The position numbers were made by a program, and so were the translations under genes. DNA of 64,000 nucleotides, from NCBI GenBank assembly GCA_964473465.1, contig CAYYPE010000001.1, positions 310,789 through 374,788 of the forward strand, written 5' to 3'. The notes beneath the pieces were generated by a model. It saw only the letters and a list, made by a program, of their open reading frames with translations, did no database searches and was not told the origin of the DNA. This DNA comes from an uncultured Hyphomicrobiales bacterium (GTDB lineage Bacteria > Bacteroidota > Ignavibacteria > Kapaibacteriales > UBA2268). Below, piece by piece: positions 49,601-56,853 of the stretch (within the stretch, counting starts at the first letter, position 1; each line of letters begins with the position of its first letter).

Positions 49601-52600
49601 TTATCTGGTGGGATAACGTAGCAACAGCATGGCAGCTCTCCGGAACAACAGCTCCAACAGACGGACAGGTTCTCAAATGGGCAGCAGTTCCCGGTCAGGT
49701 TGAATGGGCACAGGATGGATTAACAATTCCATGGGCCTATTCAAATGCTCATACAACAACTATGTTTTCATTGGAAAATACAGCTGCAGCAGCTGGAACT
49801 ATCATCAATGCAAATATGAATACCGGCGATGGTACAGGCGGTGTTCCAATGGTTACATTCGATGGCGGTAATACAGGCGAAGCAACCGTATCAATCACAA
49901 GAACTGCCCAAACAGGAGTTGGAAATGGTGCATTGAATGTAACAACCAACTTTGACCAATTGAATGCAAATTCTGGTGCAGTAAATATAGTTCAAACAGT
50001 TAATAACGTTGACCCATATAATACATGGGGCTTAATGGTAACTAACACTGTTGCTACAACACCAGCCGCAACACCAAATACTCTTATCCACAGAGCTGGT
50101 TGGTTTGCTTCAGATGTTGACAAAGGTAATGGTGTTGGACTTGATGTAAGCTCAATCAATGGAACACAAAATATCGGTGTTTTAGCACAGGTTAATACAA
50201 CAGCATTCCCATCATTAGTCGCAGGTGCAGATGTTGGAGCATACATTAATAACCCAGGTGGAACTACACTTGATTGGGGTGCCGCAATTTATGCTGCTGG
50301 AGCTGGTGAAGGTGCATATATACAATCAGGTACAGGTAGAGCAGTCAATGCTTTCAATAACAGCACAACAAATCCTACAATTCAAACAATTAATGGTGCT
50401 TCTGGTTCTGCTTTATGGGCAATTTCATCTCCCGCTAATGGTACCACTGACAATAATTATGTAGCAGTAGTTAGAAATAACAGTGGATCCAACGGCAGAA
50501 CAATGTTGATTGAAGGTTATACAAATGCTGGTGGTGCAATTCCAGCCCTTGATAATAATGGTGCAACATTTACTGATGCAAATGACGCTGTGGTTGTTAT
50601 TAGAAATACAAATGCTACTTTGGCAAATAGCTCTAACTTACTTGCTTTGAAGACATATGGATCAATTCAAGCAAACTCATCAATCGCAGGTAATACAATC
50701 GTTGGTTTCAATGATATTTATGTAGGAGATCCCAACGGTATATATCAGCAATTTACTCCTCCAGGAGCTGCTGGTGACCCAGTCGAAGTAAACGGTATGC
50801 CCGGCTTTGACGGTAGAATGAAAATTAACGGTACTCTTGATATTTTCCCACCGCCAATACCCGGACCAACAGATTCAAGATGGGAATTCAGAGTTGTTGG
50901 CGATGCTCAGATTGATGGTGTTTTGAATGCAGGTCTAATCTTTGGATCGTTAGCTTTACCACAAGACAATATCTTTCTTGGTGATAACACAAATACTGCC
51001 GATAAGGTTGTTTTACCATCAGGTGATGTTTTGAATGATGTTTTAATTACATGGCAGAGTGCTGGTAACGGTCGTGCACAGGTAAGAAGTGTCAGACCTG
51101 CTGCAGGTACATCAATCATTACTGCAATTAATGATGCCGGTACAGTTGGAACAATTAACTTGAACAGAATTCAAACCGGTGCAGCAGATCAATTCTTAGT
51201 AAATAACGCTGGTACTAATGTTTGGCAGGCATTAAATATAAATGCTACATTAACTGGCAACGGAGTTGGAACTGCTCTCGGAATAAATCTGGCAAATCCA
51301 AATACATGGACTGGAACACAAACATTCAGTGCAGCTGGAAATGGTATCGTTGTAACAACAAACGCGCAGTTTGACGGCGATGTTACTCTTGGTAATGCAA
51401 ATACAGATAATGTTGTATTCAACGCTGACGTTAATTCAAACATCATTCCTAACACTGATAATGTTTTTGATTTAGGTTCAGGAGCTCAGAGATGGCATGA
51501 CATATTCTATGGTGGTACTCTAGCAGGCGGTGCAGCAAGCTTCTCAAGCTTAACTGTTACTGGTACATCTGACTTACAAGGACAAATCATTAATTCAACT
51601 GCCAATAATGGTGGTGCTGTATATGTAAATGACTTATTTACAGCTACAGGACCCGTTGTACATCAAAGCACAACCGATTTACAGCAATCAGTCTTTAACT
51701 CAACTGCTAACAACGGTGGTGCTGTTCATGTTAATGATTTATTGACGGTAGTTGGTGCAACAGATTTGCAAAGTACACTTAATGTAACTGGTGTTGCAAC
51801 TTTCCAAAGCACTATTGATGCACAACAATCAATAACTAACTCAACTGGCAACAATGGTGGAGCAGTTCATATTAACGATGCATTTACAGTTGCTGCATTC
51901 CCAACAACATTGAACGGATCATTGACAGTTGTTGGTACATCCGACTTACAGCAATCAATATCTAACACCACTGGCAATAATGGTGGTGCTGTATATGTAA
52001 ATGACTTATTCACAGTTGTTAATGCCACAACATTACAGGGTACATTAGACGCACAGCAAGCCATATCAAATTCAACCGCAAATAACGGTGGCGCTGTTTA
52101 TGTAAATGACTTGTTCACAGTTGTTAATGCCACAACATTACAAGGTACATTAGATGCACAGCAAGCCATATCAAATTCAACCGCAAATAACGGTGGCAAT
52201 GTTTATGTTAATGATGGCTTCCAGGTTACCGGAGCTGCTTTATTTGACGGTGATGTTACTCTTGGAAATGCAAATACAGATAATGTTGTATTCACTGCAG
52301 ATGTTAATTCAAACATCATTCCAAATACTGACAATACCTATGATCTTGGTTCAGCTGCACAAAGATGGAGAGATATTTACTGGGGTGGATCACTATTTGG
52401 TGGCGATGCAGTATTTAACAACCTTCAAGTTAATAACAATACTGACTTGAGAGGAAATATCTTCAATACATCAATAAGCACACCAGCAACACCATTGACA
52501 TTTGCAGATGACATGATTCCTTCAAATAATTTAGCTTATGATTTCGGTACAGCCGCAAATCTCTGGAGATCAGGTAACTTTGGTGCTTTATCAACTTATG

Positions 52601-53457
52601 CAGCAGGTGGTATAAGCGTTAATAATGGTGGTGGTATATTTGTTGCAGCAGGTGGTGGTATATCAGTACAAAATGGTAATATTGTTGCAATTGCTGGTTC
52701 ATTCTCCGGTAGTGGTACTGTTAGAATTAACGTTAACGAGCCATTACAGTTAAATGGTACTGGTTATTTGAAACACAATACAGCAACCTTGCCTGTTGGT
52801 GCAGCTGGTGATCCACAGAATTTCACTGTTGTTAATGGAAATACAACTCTATCCAACGGAACCTCTGGTGCATCTAATACTTTAACTGTTATTTCAAACG
52901 GTGCCAATAGCACTGGAATTAATGCATCATCGAGCAATGCAATCAATAATGGATTTGCTACCATTTATGGTGGAAAAAACTCCGGTGGTGATGGTGCTGC
53001 AGGTTGGTTCGAAGATCTTGGAAGCGGTAATGGTTCTATCCTTTTTGCAACTAATGATGCTGGTAGCCCATCAACAAACAGATATGTTGCTGAATTCAGA
53101 TCTGATGATGGAACCGACAACGCAACATTGTTTGTTACAAACAACAATGGTGAAGATTTAACAAACCCACCGACAGCTGTTAGCCAGGCAATGGCAGTTG
53201 ATGTTAATGAAGGTGCAGTAAAATTGTCATACACAACAGCTGCTAATCTAACAGAATTATCACAAAGAGGAAATGCAGTTGTTATTTCATACTCTGGTGC
53301 TGCTAACATTGCAGCAGGTAATTTACCTCCGGGAGTAGATGGACAAATACTTTACATTCATGTACAGAATGCCGTTACAGTTCTCGGAACAGCTTATGCA
53401 GCAAATACAGTAGCAGCATTAGTTTATGCTAATGGTGCCTGGAGATTAGTACAATAA
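46606..53457 (+). CDS. Giant (2283 aa) secreted Gly/Ala/Thr/Asn-rich fibrous protein with phage-tail-fibre-like repeats
   Basis: Signal peptide. Five copies of P(A/S)GGDL(T/D/Y)GxYP(N/D)PxI between 46990 and 47540. Runs of DGAVT(T/S)xKIADG-type repeats. An array of about 35-aa NSTANNGGAVYVND repeats. No T9SS CTD and no S74 chaperone at the C-terminus. Confidence 0.8.
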   Translation: MMKKVLLLSLIVLISLIATPFSNVFAQLPKQLSWQGFVRDNNNAALNQSVPMTFAIYEQEFGGSPIWLEVQEVSAINGYVNVYLGKQNPLNLPFDKQYWLQITVGNGNPMPRTALTPVPYALKALNAPPDGPAGGDLTGDYPNPSIRDGAVTQAKLDPNVQAFPRGPAGGDLDGSYPNPTIKPSAVIRNITPGSITQDKLAPNVTVPPSGPASGDLTGVYPDPLIAPGAVKTDRIFNGAVTTIKLADGAVTTAKIADLSVTNGKLAPNSVTTDKIVNGTILLEDLNTEVHDWFVNWGDSAGGDLYGTYHNPQVGGLRNVPINATPATNGQVYMYDGNTNQWVATTLAQDVVGAFNNNQVRRFWNIPLSAQPTQTGQAYIYDGVLNQWAPGGATLGDVQGLFNDLQIQPSTVGVPELFATKVSGVPTGKPNSTAWNGSFLYYAYDATAPERLTYSAPAVDQTSPVWDAVNQTFVWGTPVVNVRAPSLQGTGSVADPIHINRSAAFVPADGAVLYFDGTPGVGEWQASKVKPNNLHTTNTANISTDGYVLTWNNTTGAMEWSVPAATVITSMPVVGNGSAAQPVTLSTDATFVAPDDVLLFDGTAWDGSKLTTANFFPASTDLEVIGAPNAIWPGQVLGVDDVTGTTVVWKDPATTDNNTLEGTGVPSNPLQVKAAGITGYHIANQTILPQNIAPGPNGKALVSSGGAVVWGTPQIFTASPIVGDGSSAATAITLNKSGVGANDLYYFDGTDWVPGKIATAMIVDGAVTSQKIADGTIVTADLADGAVNSAKILDNSVTTDDITDGTIATVDIANNAVTTQKIAPSANINQFLVTDNLGNSNWAAFNKSSKFSGDGVTSPLDIAAGAITSTELADGAVTSAKIANGTILNEDLAANSVNSSNIVDGSIVDADVNSAAAIAGTKIDPNFGSQNVATTGTLAAGATTITGNLTLNGNVLGANNIVLDGDAAGGDLAGTYPNPTIAPGAVDLTNLAPGTTNGQIIWWDNVATAWQLSGTTAPTDGQVLKWAAVPGQVEWAQDGLTIPWAYSNAHTTTMFSLENTAAAAGTIINANMNTGDGTGGVPMVTFDGGNTGEATVSITRTAQTGVGNGALNVTTNFDQLNANSGAVNIVQTVNNVDPYNTWGLMVTNTVATTPAATPNTLIHRAGWFASDVDKGNGVGLDVSSINGTQNIGVLAQVNTTAFPSLVAGADVGAYINNPGGTTLDWGAAIYAAGAGEGAYIQSGTGRAVNAFNNSTTNPTIQTINGASGSALWAISSPANGTTDNNYVAVVRNNSGSNGRTMLIEGYTNAGGAIPALDNNGATFTDANDAVVVIRNTNATLANSSNLLALKTYGSIQANSSIAGNTIVGFNDIYVGDPNGIYQQFTPPGAAGDPVEVNGMPGFDGRMKINGTLDIFPPPIPGPTDSRWEFRVVGDAQIDGVLNAGLIFGSLALPQDNIFLGDNTNTADKVVLPSGDVLNDVLITWQSAGNGRAQVRSVRPAAGTSIITAINDAGTVGTINLNRIQTGAADQFLVNNAGTNVWQALNINATLTGNGVGTALGINLANPNTWTGTQTFSAAGNGIVVTTNAQFDGDVTLGNANTDNVVFNADVNSNIIPNTDNVFDLGSGAQRWHDIFYGGTLAGGAASFSSLTVTGTSDLQGQIINSTANNGGAVYVNDLFTATGPVVHQSTTDLQQSVFNSTANNGGAVHVNDLLTVVGATDLQSTLNVTGVATFQSTIDAQQSITNSTGNNGGAVHINDAFTVAAFPTTLNGSLTVVGTSDLQQSISNTTGNNGGAVYVNDLFTVVNATTLQGTLDAQQAISNSTANNGGAVYVNDLFTVVNATTLQGTLDAQQAISNSTANNGGNVYVNDGFQVTGAALFDGDVTLGNANTDNVVFTADVNSNIIPNTDNTYDLGSAAQRWRDIYWGGSLFGGDAVFNNLQVNNNTDLRGNIFNTSISTPATPLTFADDMIPSNNLAYDFGTAANLWRSGNFGALSTYAAGGISVNNGGGIFVAAGGGISVQNGNIVAIAGSFSGSGTVRINVNEPLQLNGTGYLKHNTATLPVGAAGDPQNFTVVNGNTTLSNGTSGASNTLTVISNGANSTGINASSSNAINNGFATIYGGKNSGGDGAAGWFEDLGSGNGSILFATNDAGSPSTNRYVAEFRSDDGTDNATLFVTNNNGEDLTNPPTAVSQAMAVDVNEGAVKLSYTTAANLTELSQRGNAVVISYSGAANIAAGNLPPGVDGQILYIHVQNAVTVLGTAYAANTVAALVYANGAWRLVQ
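52000..52209 (+). repeat. Near-identical 105-bp (35-aa) tandem duplication inside the giant fibre gene
   Basis: 52000..52104 and 52105..52209 differ at about 6 nt. Both encode NDLFTVVNATTLQGTLDAQQAISNSTANNGG(A/N)VYV. More diverged copies precede them from about 51590. Confidence 0.8.
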
Positions 53458-53484
53458 TTGTAATAATCTGGTTTATTCTCACAA

Positions 53485-53512
53485 CCCCGATAGAGATATC
53501 GGGGTTTTTTAT
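53485..53512 (+). terminator. Intrinsic terminator after the giant fibre gene
   Basis: CCCCGATAgagaTATCGGGG followed by TTTTTTATTTTTTTT. Confidence 0.75.
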
Positions 53513-54105
53513 TTTTTTTAAATTGATTTTAATTTTATTGTCTGGTAATTTAACTTCATCAATTTTCTGTTAAAATTATTAATTTCAGGGAATATATCAA
53601 TAATAAGTTATACTAAGCGTCTTAACTTAGCTATAGTAGTTGTTCTTTGAAAAATAAGCAATATAATTTTGTAAAAAATTGCAATGCTTTTAAAAAAAAT
53701 GGAGGAAATTGGAGGTTTTTTGTTCTCATACTTGATTATTTAATTATAATACTAATGAATATCCAGATAGATATTTCTAAATGTATGATTATAAAAGAGA
53801 TAGAAAAGGAGTAATAAGAATTCTTTAAATAATAAAAAAAGTAATGTGGTATTATTTTAGGTTAATATTAAATAAATAACATCTGAATTTGAAAAATAAT
53901 GTTATGAGGGGCTAAAAATCGTTTGCTAATTAGATATTTTCTATTATATTGAATTTGATTTTTGAAAAAAGTTAAGAAAAATGGGTTAAAATCACATATT
54001 AATTATTAAGGGAAGCTCAGATAAAGGGCTTTTATAAAAATCAATGTGGTATTAACAAAATATTAAAAACGAAAATAATGTTTATATATTAATTTTGGAG
54101 TTACT

Positions 54106-55749
54106 ATGAGAAAAACGCTGATACTAAGCCTACTTGCCATAATCTTGCTTGGTGGAAACGTCCTTTTCAGCCAGCAGCAAGCTGAATTTGACAAAGACGT
54201 GTTCGTTAAAAAGCAGAATTATGATGAAACAAGAATGTTGCTTGAGTGGAAGCAGCCTGCTACTGCCAATATTACAAAATATATGGTTGTTGTTGAAAGA
54301 AAGAACTTAAGCGGAGCCGATCTAAGACAAGATAATAGCACCAGTTCGACGACTACAAATTCGAATGATCCAATTCTCCAAGAGCAAAAGGGTGATGTAT
54401 TTGGTGAATTCAGACCAGATCTAGATTTTAAATCCAATGGCAATTTTTACATAATTTCAGGCGGAAGAGGTGGTTCAGCCGATTTAATCAATCTTTTGCC
54501 CGGTAATGACTACTATGTAAAAATATATGGCTTTGCAGATGATATTAGCATTGATCCAAATGGTGCAAACTATTCAATGATATATACAGCTGGTCCATTC
54601 CCAACTCTGTCAAGCGAAATTTCTGCAAATCCAAGTGATTTCAGAGTTACTTCTGTTAATACCAGCTCAATTACGCTTCAGTGGAACGAAGTCCCGGGAG
54701 CCGAGCAATATATAATTTTAGCATCTGAAGGAACATCCGTTCAGACCGGAGATGAAGGAAACGATCCAGCAGACAAATACACATATTTTAATCCAGATTA
54801 TGACAGAGATCATAGTGTTTCATATAAATTTGACGCCTACTCTTTCAATGGTCAGGAGCCATTCAGAGTTAGCAATGCTAAAGTTGTTTATAATGGCGAT
54901 GGTGGTTTTGGTCCCTTGAAGAGTGTTACAATCACAGGACTTAACAAAGGAACAGAATATCACTTTAGAATAATCAACGTAAACAAAGATGCTTCTGACG
55001 GTTCAGAAAATTATTATACTTTAAATAATCCGACAGCATTCGCAAGAACGCTTGATTACGAAGCTATACCCGGTATTCAGGATTATAACGTAAGAATCAG
55101 CAAATTTACAGGCAGCACACTCGATTTATCATGGCTGAAAGGCGATGGAGCCGGAAGCATGGTTGTTGTCAAAGAGGGGTCATCAATCAGTGCAATGGAT
55201 ATGCCTGTTTCAGGACAAGTCTATAGCGGTTCAAATAACAACTTTAATCTTGCACCTTCAATTGGAGCTGGTAGAGTTGTTTATCAGGGACAGGAAAACA
55301 CAACAACCGTTACAGGTTTGACCGGTCTTGCAACATACTACATTAGAGTATTTGCATATAATGGCGACCCAGCAATTGGAACTGCAGGATTCAACCTTAA
55401 CACAGCATTGAATAATCCAGTTTCAACAAGTCTTTTCAAAGCTAAAAACGTAGCAGGAAACGAAACTTTTGAAATGGTTGGTGGATTCGAGCTTTCACAA
55501 ATCACACCAAATCCAGCAAAAGATAAGATTTATTTCAATGTTATTGTTAATAAAGACGAACAGCCATTTTTAATAGAGATATTCACTGTTAATGGTGAAA
55601 GAATATTGACAGTATTGAACAACACCAATCTTAAATTAGGTGATAATCCGTTCACTGTCCCATTCTTTAATATAGCCTCAGGTAACTATATACTTAAGGT
55701 TACTTCCGGCGAGGATATTGTATTGACACCATTTACAATAGTTCAATAA
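54106..55749 (+). CDS. Fibronectin-III-repeat surface protein with T9SS C-terminal sorting domain
   Basis: Signal peptide. Several FN3-like units (..SSITLQWNEVPGAEQYIIL.., ..YYIRVFAYNGDP..). C-terminal CTD QITPNPAKDKIYFNV...IEIFTVNGERI...GNYILKVTSG. Confidence 0.65.
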   Translation: MRKTLILSLLAIILLGGNVLFSQQQAEFDKDVFVKKQNYDETRMLLEWKQPATANITKYMVVVERKNLSGADLRQDNSTSSTTTNSNDPILQEQKGDVFGEFRPDLDFKSNGNFYIISGGRGGSADLINLLPGNDYYVKIYGFADDISIDPNGANYSMIYTAGPFPTLSSEISANPSDFRVTSVNTSSITLQWNEVPGAEQYIILASEGTSVQTGDEGNDPADKYTYFNPDYDRDHSVSYKFDAYSFNGQEPFRVSNAKVVYNGDGGFGPLKSVTITGLNKGTEYHFRIINVNKDASDGSENYYTLNNPTAFARTLDYEAIPGIQDYNVRISKFTGSTLDLSWLKGDGAGSMVVVKEGSSISAMDMPVSGQVYSGSNNNFNLAPSIGAGRVVYQGQENTTTVTGLTGLATYYIRVFAYNGDPAIGTAGFNLNTALNNPVSTSLFKAKNVAGNETFEMVGGFELSQITPNPAKDKIYFNVIVNKDEQPFLIEIFTVNGERILTVLNNTNLKLGDNPFTVPFFNIASGNYILKVTSGEDIVLTPFTIVQ

Positions 55750-55766
55750 TTGCATATTTTGGAGTT

Positions 55767-56780
55767 ATGATGACTAAGGCAGGTAAAAAAATTTACTTGC
55801 CTTTTTTTTGGCATAATTTTTACCCGTCTTTATTCGACTTATACATATGTAGGTTTTATAAAATTAATATGAGTGGTGTAAATATGGCAAAATTCAAAAA
55901 ATGGTATTATTCTTTAATTTCTTATCTGGCTTTAACACTATTTCTTTGTGTAACTGTTACTGCAAACGATAATAATAGCATATCAGAACTTACAAAGGCA
56001 AATGGAGTTAATTCAAATTTAAGAGAAGCCAATGATAAAACAATGGCTATTATTATGCAGGGGGATGATTATAGCAACGTTTATTCTGACTTAAGCTCAA
56101 CATCAGGGATTTCACAGGATACAAAATTAGCTAAGGAACCGACTGTCCCCGGAAAAATAACAAGTGTTACAAGAATTTCAACTAATGGTTTTTTGGTTAA
56201 TACTGAAAAAGGTAATGGCGAAAGAAGGATCCTGATAATGAGCGAGGAAAACCCTTGCGAATTACCGAAAGATGGAATAGATTATACTGGAAATTTTAGT
56301 TTTGGTTCAGGGGATAAGATTGGTGAACATACATTCGTAATTTTTAATTCTCCGGAAAGCCAGCAAAAAAGATTCCTTGTATCGAATCTGAAGCCCGGAA
56401 CCAGATATTATATTTTACTATGCGAAGCAAACTCCAAAGGAGAAAGCATAAACTACCTTATACCCGACACATCAAAATTCACTGCTTATAAATCAACACT
56501 TCCAGAAGCACCAAAATTAGAAGATGCTTTTGATATCAAGCAGGGTAGTTTCAAATTGAAATGGAACAAAGTTAAGGGTGCGATGAGTTATTTTATTGAT
56601 GTAGCAAAGGATAATGCATTTAAGGAATTTCTCCCAGAGCATAAAGACCTTGATGTAGGTAATATTAGCGAATATTTGATAGAGGATATTAAGGGAGAAA
56701 GCAAAGTTTATTGCAGAATCAGGGCTGTCGGAGAAAGTGGGGAATCCGAAAGCTCAAATATCATCGAAGTTAATTTCTAA
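55767..56780 (+). CDS. Hypothetical secreted FN3-like protein (likely start at an internal Met near 55884, MAKFKKWYYSLISYLALTLFLCVTVTA)
   Basis: ORF-track frame. The internal Met gives a good signal peptide. Two beta-sandwich/FN3-like segments (..YYILLCEANSKGES.., ..VYCRIRAVGESGESESS..). Confidence 0.45.
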   Translation: MMTKAGKKIYLPFFWHNFYPSLFDLYICRFYKINMSGVNMAKFKKWYYSLISYLALTLFLCVTVTANDNNSISELTKANGVNSNLREANDKTMAIIMQGDDYSNVYSDLSSTSGISQDTKLAKEPTVPGKITSVTRISTNGFLVNTEKGNGERRILIMSEENPCELPKDGIDYTGNFSFGSGDKIGEHTFVIFNSPESQQKRFLVSNLKPGTRYYILLCEANSKGESINYLIPDTSKFTAYKSTLPEAPKLEDAFDIKQGSFKLKWNKVKGAMSYFIDVAKDNAFKEFLPEHKDLDVGNISEYLIEDIKGESKVYCRIRAVGESGESESSNIIEVNF

Positions 56781-56800
56781 TATTTCGTTTATGAAAAAAA

Positions 56801-56833
56801 CGCAACTCACTAAAAAGATGAGTTGCGTTTTTC
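56801..56833. terminator. Bidirectional intrinsic terminator between convergent surface-protein genes
   Basis: AAAAAAA-CGCAACTCActaaaaagaTGAGTTGCG-TTTTTCT between stops at 56780 (+) and 56854 (-). Confidence 0.7.
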
Positions 56834-56853
56834 TGTTTATACCGGACACTATA

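Noticed and set aside
46910-53309. Many 60-155-aa ORFs in the track on the minus strand (and off-frame plus strand) inside the giant fibre gene, e.g. 49059..49526, 52965..53309, 49992..50246
   Set aside because: They lie entirely within the 2283-aa plus-strand ORF. Their open frames are a by-product of the GGT/GCA/ACA-rich low-complexity coding sequence, which lacks stop codons on the reverse strand.
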